Shown here piece after piece: positions 23,701 to 36,756 of a DNA stretch of 37,033 nt (position 1 is the stretch's first letter; the number at the start of each line of letters is the position of its first letter). The notes under the pieces were generated by a model. That model saw nothing but the letters and a program-made list of their open reading frames with translations. It did no database searches and had not been told where the DNA came from. Origin of the DNA: Octopus bimaculoides (lineage: Eukaryota); contig NC_068999.1 in NCBI RefSeq assembly GCF_001194135.2, positions 28,979,643 to 29,016,675 on the forward strand, read 5' to 3'. A program made the translations under genes and the position numbers.

Positions 23701-26700
23701 AAAAGCCTAATATTAACCATAAACCTAACCGGAACCTAACCCAAAACCTAACCAGAACCTAACCCAAAACCTAACCGGAACCTAACCCCAAACCTAACCT
23801 TCAACCTAATCCACAACCCTAACCTAAACCTAACACTAAACCTAGCCCTAATGTACACCGTCACCATAAAATTAAACCTAACCCTAAACCTAACCCTTAC
23901 ACTGACACGAACTGTAACCCTAACACTAAGCCTAACCATAAACCTAAACCTAACACTAACCCTGACCCTTACGTAACCCTGACACTAACCCTTACCCTAA
24001 TACTAACACTAACCGTAAACATAACCTAATCTAAATCTAAACATCACATTCAATATAACCCTAAACCTAACCCTAACATGAAAGCTAACCCTCATCCTAA
24101 CTCTAACACTCACCTTAACTGTAACCCTAAACCTAACACTAACACTCACCTTAACTGTAACCCTAAACCTAACACTAACACTTACCCTAACACTAACCAT
24201 AACGCTAACCATAAACTTAACCCTGAAACTAATGCTTACACCAGTCCTAACCCTAACCATAACATTAAACATAAGCCTAAACCTAACCCTAACACAGTAA
24301 CCCTAACTCTAACCCTGACCCTAACCCTCCCCTTAACCCTAAAACTAACGCTAAAACTAAACCTTAATCTAAACCTAAACCCTAAGCCAACCCTAACATT
24401 AACACTAACCCTAAACCTAACCTACTCCTAACACTTAACCTAAACCTTATCCTAACCCTAATCCTAAACCTAACGCTAACGCTAAACCTAAACCCTCCAC
24501 ACTGTCCCTAACCCTGATCCTCACCCTAAACCTCACACTAACCCTAACCATAACCCTGATAATAACAATGACCCTAACCCTAAATATAAACCCTAACACT
24601 AGCTCTAAATTTAACCCTAAACCTCACCCTAACCTGCACACTAAACTTAATGATTACACTAACCCTAAACCTAACCCCAACACTAACACTTAGCCTAAAC
24701 CTAATCTTAACCTAACCCTAACACTAACCATAACTTTAAAACTAATCCTAACCTTAACCCTAACACTAACCCTGCACCTAAACCTGACCCTTACTGTAAC
24801 CTTAACTGTAAATCTAACCCTAACCCTAACCCTAGCACTAACCCTAAACCTAACCCTGAACCTATCACTAACCGTAACCATAACTCTAACCCTCACCATA
24901 AACATAAACGTAACCTACCCCGAAACCTAACCCGAAACCTAACAAAGCCACTAACACTGACCTTACTCTAAACCTAAACCTACCCTAAACATAAACCTAA
25001 CTGAGCCCAACACTAACACTAACCCTAACCCTTAACTTAAACCTCACACTAACCCTAACACTTACCCTAACCCAAAACTTCACATTAACCTTAAAAATAA
25101 CCATAACCTTAAAACTAACCCTATCCCTATAACTAAACCTAACCTTACACACAACCCTAACCCAAACACTAATGTGAACCTAAATCCTAAAACCTTAAGC
25201 TAAACCTAACCCTAACCCTAAGACTAACCGTAACAATAAACCTAGACCTCACCCTGTCACTAACACTAAACCTAAACCTAACCCACACCCTAAAACTAAC
25301 CCGAACCCTAAACCCTAATGCTAAACTTAACCCTAGTCCTAACCCTAACACTAACCCTAAAATTAAACCTAACACTAGCCCTATCCCTAACACTAAACCT
25401 AACCCTAACCCAAACACTGACACTAACCATCAACCTAACTGTAAAACTAACCCTAAATCTAATCCTAACCCTAATGCTAATGCTAACACTAAACCTAACC
25501 AAAACCCATAAAACTAACCCTAACCCGAACACTAATCCTATCCCTAAAACCTAATCCTGACCATAACCCTAACCCTAAAGCTCACCATCAATATAGCCCT
25601 AACCCTAACCCTAACACAAAAACTAACCCTAAACATAACTCTAACACTAAACCTAACCGTCACCCTAAACCTAACACTAACCCTAATGTTAACACTTACC
25701 CTAACACTAACTGTAACCCTAACCCTAAAACTAACTTTTACACTAGTCCTAACCCTAACACTAAACAAAAACTAAACCTAAACCACACAGTAACCCTAAC
25801 CCTAACAATAACACTAAACATTAACCTAAACCAAAACTCTAAGCCAACACTAACGCTAACACTAACCCTAAACCCTGACCCTAACCCTGATCCTCACCCT
25901 AAACATACCCTAACACTGAAGATAACTGATACGAATACTGACGTTAACTCTAAACACAAACCTTAACCTTCACACTAAACCTGAACCTAACCCTAAACTT
26001 ATCCCTAACACTAAACCAACATCTCACCCTAACCGTAACACTACCACTAACCCTAAGACTAACACTAACCCTAATACTAACTCTAGGCCTAACCCTAATC
26101 CTACCCATAACCCTAACCCAAACACTATCTCTAAACCTAACCTTAACACAAAACCAAACCGAAAACTAACACTAACCCGAAACCCACCCCTCAACCTGAA
26201 CCTAACCCTAACCCTTATCCCAAACTTAAACGTAACCATAAGCCGAAGATTAATACTAACACTAACCCTAACCCTAAATCTAACCCTAACCTTAATGCTA
26301 ACTCAAACACTAACCCTAACACTAAACCTAATGCTAACCTTAAACCTAACCCTAACACTACACCTACCACTAAGCCTAAATTTAACCCTAAACCAATATC
26401 TAACCCTAACCCTTACCCCAAACTTAAATGTAACCATAAACCGAACATTAATACTAACACTAACCCTAACACTAACCCTAACTCTAAACCTAACCTTAAA
26501 TCTAACTGTATCACCCTAACACTATCCCTAATCCTAAACATAACCATAACCGTAACCTTAACTCTAACACTAACCCTAACCCTAACACTGACCATAATCT
26601 TTAACCTGACCAAGATGCTAACCCTAACTATCACCCGAACGCTAAACCTAAAACTCACCCTGAACCCAACTCTAACGCTAACACTTACCCTAACCCTAAA

Positions 26701-29700
26701 TTTAACACCAACCCTATCTCTAAAACTAACCCTAAACCTAACCGTAACCCTCAACCTAACCCTAAAACTAAACCTAACCAAAATCCTAAACCTAACCCTG
26801 ACCCTAACCCTAAACCTAACAATGAACTTAACCCTAACCCGAACAGGACCCTAACACTAACCCTCACCTTAAAACTAACACACACCATAACCCAATCCTA
26901 ACCATCGCCTTAACCCTAACCCTAACACAAACCCGAACCCTATTCCTAACACTATCTTTAACACTCACACTAACCCCAACCATAGGCCTGAACCTATTCT
27001 TCACTCTGACACTCATTCTAAACCTAACACTACCACTAACCCTAATCCTAACCCTAACATTAACCATAAACTTAACCCTCGAACTGATCTTAGCCCTAAC
27101 CCTAACACTAAACCAATGCGAAACTCTAAACCTATCCCTAACCCTAGCCCTAACATTCACCTTATCCCTAAAACCTAACCCGAACCCTAACCCTAAACCT
27201 ATCACTCAGCCTAAACCTAAACCTAAAAAAACCTTAAACCCAACCCTAACACTAAACATAACCCTAAACTTAATGCTTACACTAACGCTAAACCTAACCC
27301 TAACACTAACCCTAAACTTAACCCTAGCCCTAACCCAGACTCTAAACTTAAACCTGATCCTGACTCTAACCCCAACCGTCAATCTTACCCTACCCTAATC
27401 CTAACCCTCACTCTAACCCTAACCATGACCATATCCCTAACCCTTACCCTAATCCTAACATTAAGCTTAACCTAACACTAACACCAACAATTACCCTAAC
27501 ACTAACCCTCACCCTAATAATCCTTACCCTAACACTAAACCTAACATTTACATTAAACCTAACTCTAACCCAAACACTGACACTAACCATCAACCTAACT
27601 GTAAAACTAACCCTAAATCTAATCCTAACTCTAACGCTAACACTAAACCTAACCAAAACCCTAAAACTAACCCTAACCCGAACACTAATCCTATCCCTAA
27701 AACCTAACCCTGACCATAACCCTAACCCTAAAACTCACCATCAATAGAGCCATTAACTTAACCCTAACACGAAAACTAACACTAAACCTAACCGTCACCC
27801 TAAACTAACACTAACCACAATCCTAAACCTAACCTTAATCATACCCCTAACCCTTACCTTAACTGTACCCTTAACTCTCACCCTAAAAATATCTTTAACA
27901 ATAACTCTCCCATATCCCTAACCCTAAACCAAAATGTATGCGTAACTGTAACCCTAACCTAACTGTATTACTAACCCTAAGCCTGAACCTTAAACCCTAA
28001 CCCGAAACCTAACCCAAATCCTAAACCTAACCCGAATCCTAATCTTCACACTAACCCTAAAACTAACTCTAATCCTAACACTAATCCTAACCCCTAGCAC
28101 TAACGGTAACACTCACCCTAACCCTATCACTAATCCTAACTCTAAACCTAACACTAACGCTAAACATTACCCTAACCCTAACCATCACCATAACACTAAA
28201 AACAACACTAAACCTAACACTAACACTAACCCTAGCCCAACCCTAAAACTAACGCTAAACCTATCCCGAACCCTAACACTAAACACAACCCTAATCCTCA
28301 GCCTAACCCTAACACTAATCCAAATCCTAACCATAACCCTTACCTGATCCCTAAACCTAACCTTAGCACTAACCTTAACCGTAATGCTAACCCTATCGCT
28401 AACATTAACATTAACTCTACACCTAACACTAAACCTAAATCTAACCCTAACCATAACCCTACATTTAACATTAATCATAATGCTAAAACTAATCCTCAAA
28501 CGTAACCCTAAAGATCACCCTAAATCTAACCCTAACCCTAACACTAACACTAACCCTAACCTTAACATTAAACCTGACCCTAAACCTAACACTAACTCTA
28601 ACACTAACCCTAAACAACTCTAAGCATAACCCTAACACACACCTTAACCATAACGCTAACCTTAAACCTAACCCTAACCCTACCCTAACACTAACCCTAA
28701 CCCTGACACTAAGCCTAAACCTAAACCTAAACCTAGCACTAACCCTAATGCTAATCCTATCTCTAACCATAATCCTAACACTAAACCATAAACTCTACCC
28801 TGAACCCAAATACTAAACTTCACACTAACCCTAAACCTAACTTATACACAACCTTAACTCTCACCCTAAACATAACCCTTACCCTAAACCTAACCATAAC
28901 CATTACCTTTACATTTACTCTATACTTATCCCTAACCATAACCCTAACCCTAAACCTAACCCTAACTCTAACCCTAACACTAACATTGACCTTAAACCTA
29001 ACCCTAGCCCTCACATTAACCCTAAACCTAACAATCACACTCACCATAACCATAACCCTGAATCTAATCCTAACCTTAGCCCTAACCCTAACTCTAAACC
29101 TAAACCTAACCCTAATGCTAACAGTAACCCCAACCCTACCCTAAACCTAAACCTAACACTAACCCTTAACTTAACCCTAAAACTAACCTGAAACCTAAAC
29201 CTAACCATAAACCTAAACCTAACCATAACGCTAAACCTAAGCAGAAAACTAACACTAACGCTAACCCTACCACGAACTCTAACCCTGACGATAAAATTCA
29301 CACTAACCCTAACCCTAAACCTAACCTGAATTCAACCCTTATCTTAACCCTAAAGTTAATCCTAACACTATACTTAAACCTAACCCTACTAGTAACCCTA
29401 ACCATATCCCTAACTTTAACACTAGCCCTAACCGCAATCCTAACCAAAACACTAACACTAACACCAACCCTAAACCGAAACCTAGCCTTCACCCTAAAAC
29501 CTAACCCCAACCCTAGCGTTAACCCTAACACTAACACTCACACTCACACTAGACCTAACCCTAACACTAAACCCAATCCTACACCTAAACCTACCCTTAC
29601 GCTAAGCTTAACCCTAACACTAACCTTAAACCTACCCCACTATCTATTCCTAACACTCAAGCTAACCCTAACACTAAACCTAACTGACAACCTAACGCTA

Positions 29701-32055
29701 ACACAACCCTAATAATAAACCTAACCCTAATACTAACTCCAACCCTAATACTAACTCCAATCCTAATACTAACTCCAACCCTAATACTAACACTATCCCT
29801 TACCCTAAATCTAACCCTAACCCAAACCTCCAACGCTAACCCTCAGCCTAACACTAACGCTAACCCTAACCCTAATCCTATCGCTTATACTAATCCTATC
29901 CCTAACACTAACATTAACCCTAATCCTAAACCTAACCCTAAAACTAACCCAAACACTAACCCTCAACCTAGCCCTAAACCTAATCATGAACCTAACACTA
30001 ACCCTGACACTAACCCTATCACTAAACCTAAATCTAACCATAATTCTTACCCTAACGATAACCCTCACCCAAACCCTAACCCAAACACTAACGTTAAACC
30101 TAACCCTCACCCTCACCCAAATACTAACCCTATCACCAAACCTAACACTAAGCCTCACCCTAAACCTAAACCTAACCCAAACCCTAACTTTAACACTAAG
30201 ATTAGCACTAAACCTAATGCTAACCATGAAATTAACCCTAACCCTAGCCCTCACACGAACCCTAACCCTAACACTCACACTAAACATAACCCTAACCCTA
30301 ACCATAGCCCTAACCCGAACCCTAACACTAAACCTAACCATAAACCTAAACCTATTCCTAGTGCTAAACCTACAAAGAAACCTAACACTAAACCTCATCC
30401 TAACCCTAACACTAACACTCACACTAAACCTAACCCTAAACTTAACCTAACCCTAAACCTAAATCTACACCTAACACTAACCCTAAACCTAATCGTAAAC
30501 CTGCCCCACTATCTATTCCTAACCCTCAACCGAACCCTAACACTAAACCTAAACGAAAACCTAATGCTCACCCCACACCTAACAATAAACCTAACACTAA
30601 ATCTAACCCTAACCTTAAACCTAATTCTCACACTTGCCCGAAAATTTACCCTAAACCTCACTCGTAAACTAACCATAAACCTAACCCTAATGATAACCCC
30701 CAACCCTAATACTAACGCTATCCCTAACCCTAAATCTAACCCTAACCACAAGGCTAACCCTCACCCTAACATTAAGCCTAACCCTAACCTTACACTAATT
30801 ATTTCCTTAACACTAACACTAACCATAAACCTAATCTTAAACCTAACCCTAACCCTAACCCAATACATAACCCTAAATCTAACCCTTACCCTAACGATAA
30901 CCCTCATCATAATCCTAACACTAAACCTAACCCTAACCCTAACCTTAACCCTAACCTTAAACCTAACCCTAACCCAAACACTAACCCTAGCCGTAACACA
31001 AAACATAACACCATGACCCTAACACTAAACCTAACACTAACCCTCACCCTAAACCTAAACTTAGTCCTAACCCAAACCCTCACTCTAATCCTAACCTTAG
31101 TACTAACACTAACCTTAGCCCTAAATCTAACCCTAAACTTAACCCTAACACTAAACCTAACGCTAACCATAAAACTAACCCTAACTCTAACCCTAATTCT
31201 AACCATAACCCAAACCCTAACTCTAAAACTAACCCTAACCCTAAAACCTGACCATAACCCTAACCTGAACCCTAACCCTAAACCACACTTTCAACCTAAA
31301 ACTAAATCTAACCCTAACTCGAAACCTAAACCTAAACCTAACCCTAACATTAACACTAAACCTAAATCTAACCTTAACCCTAACACTAACTCTAACCCTA
31401 AACCGAACCATATTCCTAACCCTAAACCTAACCTTAACTCTCACCCTAACCCTAAAACTAGCCTTAACCCTAACCCTAACCCTAACACTAACCCTAACTA
31501 TAAACCTAACCCTCAGCCTTACCCTAACCCTATCCCTAAGCCTGACCTGAACTCTAACCCTAAACTTAATCCTCACCCTAACCCTAAACTTAACCCTCAC
31601 CTAACCCTAAGCCGAAACCAAACCCTAAACCTAACCCTAATCCTTAATCCTAAAGTTTGTACTAATCCTAACCCTTACCTTAAACTTAAAATTTGCACTA
31701 ATCCTAAACCTAAGCCTAACATTAACCTTAAACTTCAATCTACCCCTAACTCTAACTCTAACCCTAATCCTAAACCTAATCCTAATCCTAACCCTAATCC
31801 TTAAACCTAAAGTTTACACTAATCCTAAACCTAAGCCTAACATTAACCTTAAACTTCAACCTACCCCTAACTCTAACTCTAACCCTAAACCTAACCCTAA
31901 TACTAGCCCTAAACCTAACCGTAACCCTAAACCTACACTAACACTAAAACTAACCCTAAGCCTTACACAAACCCTAACCCTAACTGAAACCCTAACCCGA
32001 ACCCAAACTCTAACCCTTAACATAACCCGAGACCAAACCCTAAACCTAACCCTTA

Positions 32056-32284
32056 TTTCATTATTACCCACAAGGGGCTAAACATAGAGGGGACAAACAA
32101 GGACAGACAAAGGGATTAAGTCGATTACATCGACCACAGTGTGTAACTGGTACTTAATTTATCGACCCCGAAAGGATGAAAGGCAAAGTCGACCTCGGCG
32201 GAATATGAACTCAGAACGTAACAGCAGGCGAAATACCGCTAAGCATTTCACCCGGCATGCTAGCGTTTCTACCAGCTCGCCGCC
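32056..32284 (-). mobile_element. Apparently full-length tRNA-derived SINE with candidate 13-bp TSD
   Basis: Minus strand starts GGCGGCGAGCTGGTAGAAACG (A-box-like) with GAGTTCATATTCC (B-box-like); aacctaaccctta at 32043-32055 and 32287-32299; CpGs intact. Confidence 0.85.
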
Positions 32285-32615
32285 TTAACCTAACCCTTAA
32301 CCTAACCCTACCCCAACCCTAACACTAACCCTAATACTAACCCTAAACCTAAACCTATGCTAGCCCTAAACCTAACACACTAACCCTACACTTAATGCTA
32401 GCCCTAAGCCTAACCCTAATTCTAACCTTAACCTTAACCCTAACACTAACCTTAACACTAAACCTAACCCAGACCCTAAACCTAACTCTAACCCTAACAC
32501 TAAACCTAACCCTGACCATAACCCTCACACTAACACTAAACCTAACCCTAACTATACACCTAAGCCTAACCCTGTCCCTAACCCTCACCCTAAATATAAC
32601 CCTTACCCTAACTCT

Positions 32616-32728
32616 AAGGTTTAACATGCACTAAGAATACATTTACCAAACATCTCACTGAACTTCAAGCTTTTCAAATTAATCGTTTGAAAATTTTCAA
32701 ACTAGAAATATTTGTTTTCACATTTAAT
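32616..32728 (+). repeat. Isolated, internally deleted satellite monomer inside the hexamer array
   Basis: atttaccaaacatctcactgaa...tttgaaaattttcaaactagaaatatttgttttcacatttaat matches the 34848-36598 monomers. Confidence 0.85.
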
Positions 32729-34847
32729 AACCCTAACCCTCACTCTAAATCTAAACCTAACTCAAGCCTAAACCTAACCCTAAACCAAACCTTAACCCTA
32801 ACACTATCCCCAACCCTAAAACCTAAACCTAGCCCTCAAACTCACTCGAACCCTAATCCTAAACCTAACACTCAACCTAGCCCTAACCCTAACCATAACC
32901 CTAATCGTAACCTTAATCTAAACCCTAATCCTAACCATAACCCTAAACCTACCTTTCACCCTAAACATATCCCTAACCCTAATTCTCACCCTAACATTAA
33001 CCCTAACCGAAACCCTAACACTAAACTTAATCCTAACCCTCACTCTAACCCTTACCCTTACACTAACTCTACCCTAACCCTAAACTTAACCCAAACCTAA
33101 CAATAAACATAACCCTAATTCTAACACTAACCCTAACGTTTACTCTATCCCTAACCCTTACGCTAACCCTAACGCTAACCTTAACTCTAACCCTAACCCT
33201 TACCCTAAGCCTAAACCTAACCCTTACCCTAAGCCTAAACCTAACCCTACTCCTAAAGTTTTAGGTTACCCTAAAACTTACATTAACCCAAACCTATCCC
33301 TAACCCTCACCCTAATCCTAAGCTTAAACCTAACAGTCACATTAACCATAAACCCTACACTAACCCTAACACTAAATCTAAACCTAACCTTAAACATAAC
33401 TCAAACCCTAACCCTAACACTAAAACTAATGCTAACCTTAAAACTAAACCTAAATCTAACCCTAATCCTAAACCTAACCATAACACTAACCCTAACACTA
33501 ATCATAACCCGAGATATAACTCTAACACTAAACTTAACCCTAACCATTACCCTTACCTTCACATTAACCCTAAACTTATCATTAACCCTAACCCTAAACC
33601 TAAAACTAATAATAACACTAACCCTAACCTTAAAACTAATTCTAACTCTAACCATCAACTTAACGATAACCCTAACCTTAACCCTAACTCTAACTCAACC
33701 CAAAACCCTAACCCTAATACTAACCCTAAACATATCCCTAACCCTAAACCTCACCCTAACACTAACCCTAACCCTATACCTAACCCTTAACCTAACCTAA
33801 CCCTGACCCTAAACCTAAACTTAAACCTAACACTAACTCTAACCCTAACACTAACCATAACCCTTACCCCAACACTTACACTAACCCTAACCCCAACCCT
33901 ATTCTTAACCCTAAACTTACCCCTGACTCTAAACATAACCCAAACCGTAACCCTAACTCTCACCCTAAACCTAACCGTAACACTAACCCTTAACCCTCAA
34001 ACTTACACTAAACCTGACCCTAAATCTAATCCTGGCCTGAAACTTAATCAAAACCCTAACACTAAATCTAAACCTAACCTTAACACTAACCCTAAGTCTC
34101 ACCCTAACACTAAATCTAACGCTAACCCTAACCCTAAACCTATCCCAACCGTTCACTCTAAACCATTACGCTAATCCTAACCCTAACCAAAAACCGAAAC
34201 CTAACCCTACCCTAACCATAAACCTAATCCGAACACTACTCCAAACCCTAACTCTAACACTAATTCTAACCCTAACCCTAACCTTAACCCTAACCCTAAT
34301 TCTAACCATAACCCTAACCCTAACCCTAACGCTGACCCTCTCCTTAACCCTAATCCTGACACTAAAACTAAACCTAAACCCAAACCTAACCCTCGCCTTA
34401 ATCCTAACCCTAACCATAACAGTAACCCGAATCCTAACCCTAATCCAATCTCTAAAACTAAACCGAACACTAACTCTTACCATCACCCTATCCCAAACCC
34501 TAACCCAACAGTACACCCTAAACCATTACGCTAAGACTAACCATAATACTAACACTATTCCTCATATAACCCTAACCCTAAACCTAACACTAAACTCTAA
34601 ACCATTACGCTAACCCTAACCATAATCCTAACTTTAACGCTCACCCTAACCCTAACCCTAAACTTAACCCTAACCCGAACTCAAACCCTAAACCCTAGCC
34701 CAAACCCTAACCCTTACCTTAAACCTAACGTAACCCTCACTTTAAACCTTAAACGCTAAACCTAGACCTAACCCTAACCCGAACCCTAAATATAACGCTA
34801 ACCCTGACACTAACCCTAACCCTAAACCGTACATTAACCCTAACCCT

Positions 34848-36598
34848 AGATGTGAAGATTATCTTTACTAAACGTTTCACTGAAAGCTCAAACTTTCTCA
34901 AAAAATATGGAGTTGCAAAATGCTGCAAATCAGCATGACATCGTTTTCAAATGAGAAATATTTGCTTTCAGATTTAATAATCCTAACCCTAATCCTAACC
35001 CTAAACCTAACTCTAAAACTAACCTTAACCCTAAACCTATCCCTAAACCTAACCCTAACCCTAAACCTATACCTAACCCTAACTCTAAACCTAGTCATAC
35101 TCTCAAAAGCAATTATATTACAATATTTTTTATGATACACACTTCGCAGATTCAGAAGTAAAGGTTTAATATACATTGACAGATAGAGGTGAAGAATATA
35201 TTTTCCAAACATTTCACTGAATTTTAAGCCTCTTCAGAAAATATGACTGTTGGAGATGACGATTTACCAAATATTTCATTGAAATCTCAAGCTTTCTCAG
35301 AAAGCATGAAGTCACAAAATGTTTGAAATTAGCATGAAATTGTTTCAAAAATATTGAAATAAAAGTTCTTGTTTTCACATTTACACTGAATTTTAATTTT
35401 TCTGACAAACACTCATCATACATACACACCTTTTTATACACACTTGTGGGATTGAGAAGTGATGTGAAGATTATATTTTACGGAACTCTGAAAACGAAGT
35501 TGCAAAATGTTGCAAGCATTTATCACATTATTCTTAATGTACATACTACACGGATTCAGAAGTTAAGGTTTAATATACGTTAACAGAAAACGTGAAGTCA
35601 CAAAATGTTGGAAATCAGCATGAAATTATTTGAAAATTTTGAATTGAAATAGTCTTTGCCCATATACTGTTTACTCATTCATGACTTTACATTTCTTTGA
35701 CACGTTAGAGGTGAAGAGTGATTTTACCAAACATTTCACTGAAATCTCAAGCTTTCTCAGAAAACGAAGTCGAAAAATGTAAAACAGAATGAAATTTTTT
35801 GGAAATTTTGAAATAAAAAATTCTTATTTTCCGATTTTCTAAATAATCATTTGTGACTTTCATATTACTGACACACACTTGTTTGATTCGGAAGTAATAG
35901 GTTAATCTACATTAACTGGTAGATGTGAAGATTATATTTACCAAACATTTCACTGAAATCTCAAGCCTCATTAGAAAACATGAAGTTGTAAAATGTTGCA
36001 ATTCAGAATAAAATTGTTTAGAAATTTGGAAATGAACAATTTTTGTTTTCGCATTTAGTATTTAGTCATTTATGACATTTCATGGGTTAATATATGTTAA
36101 CTATTAAAAGTGAAGGGTATATTTACAAAACCTTTCACTGAAATCTCAAGTTTTCTCAGATAACATTAATTTACAAAACGTTGGAAATTCTTGTTTCCCC
36201 CAATTACAATGAACACATTGGTGAATTTTAATCGGATTGAGAAGTAATTTATTAAAATACATTATCTGATAGTTGTGAAGATTATATTAACTAACCATTT
36301 CACTGAAATCTCAACAATTCTCAGAAAACATGTCGACCGAAATTGTTGGAAAATTTTGAAATGAAAAATTCTTGATTTCGCATTTATATTTACACATTTG
36401 TGACTTTTAATTTTACTGACAATCACTAGTCCGATTGATAGGTAATTGGTTAATATACATTAACTGGTAGATGTGAAGATTATATTTACTAAACATTTTA
36501 CTGAAATCTCAAGCTTTCTCAAAAAGCATGCAGTTTCAAAATCAACATGAAATCATTTGAAAATTTTCAAATGAGAAATATTTGTTTTCGCATTTAAT
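34848..36598 (+). repeat. Diverged AT-rich satellite, ~165-215 bp period
   Basis: Anchor tttcactgaaatctcaa (or variant) at 34875, 35212, 35274, 35734, 35948, 36133, 36298, 36496, usually preceded by agatgtgaagattatattt. Confidence 0.9.
34979..35093 (+). repeat. Short telomere-like tract within the satellite
   Basis: ~19 degenerate CCCTAA units. Confidence 0.9.
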
Positions 36599-36700
36599 AA
36601 CCCTAACCCTGAACCTAACACTAACCCTAACAATACTCCTAACACTAACCCTACCACTAACCTTACCTCTTACCCTAACCTTACTAATAACCCTAAACCT
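36599..36700 (+). repeat. Short telomere-like tract ending at the palindrome
   Basis: ~17 degenerate CCCTAA units. Confidence 0.9.
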
Positions 36701-36748
36701 TATAGGAAAGTGGTTATACACCATTAGGTGTACACCCGCTTTCCTATA
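36701..36748. other. 48-bp near-perfect palindrome (22-bp arms, 4-nt loop)
   Basis: tataggaaagtggttatacacc-atta-ggtgtacacccgctttcctata; 19/22 arm positions complementary. Confidence 0.9.
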
Positions 36749-36756
36749 TTAATTTC

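Larger units (their letters stand above)
16870..34847 (+). repeat. ~18 kb degenerate telomere-like hexamer array (CCCTAA and variants ACCTAA, CACTAA, CTCTAA, CCATAA, CCTTAA, TCCTAA, CCGTAA)
   Basis: 6-bp phase visible throughout; C-rich strand always on +; interrupted by the N gap, a SINE and one satellite monomer. TTAGGG is the reported molluscan telomere repeat. Confidence 0.97.

Noticed and set aside
32056-32284. tRNA gene
   Set aside because: Only A/B-box-like head, no full cloverleaf; continues into a SINE body with degenerate copies at 8255-8650.
17004-33800. Long + strand ORFs (410, 514, 375, 263 aa) rich in NP/KP/NT or LT
   Set aside because: AAC-CCT and ACC-CTA frames of CCCTAA have no stops; ORFs flip between the two at indels and one crosses the N gap. 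Resemblance to circumsporozoite-like proteins is compositional.
34848-36598. CRISPR-like repeat-spacer array
   Set aside because: Eukaryotic context; the intervening parts are homologous to one another, so this is a satellite.
32728-36599. Satellite-to-CCCTAA junctions as de novo telomere addition sites
   Set aside because: Wrong polarity: healing would put TTAGGG, not CCCTAA, after the satellite on the + strand.
36701-36748. Similarity of TATAGGAA/TTCCTATA to Flp FRT arms
   Set aside because: Arm orientation and spacing differ from FRT and no recombinase gene is present.
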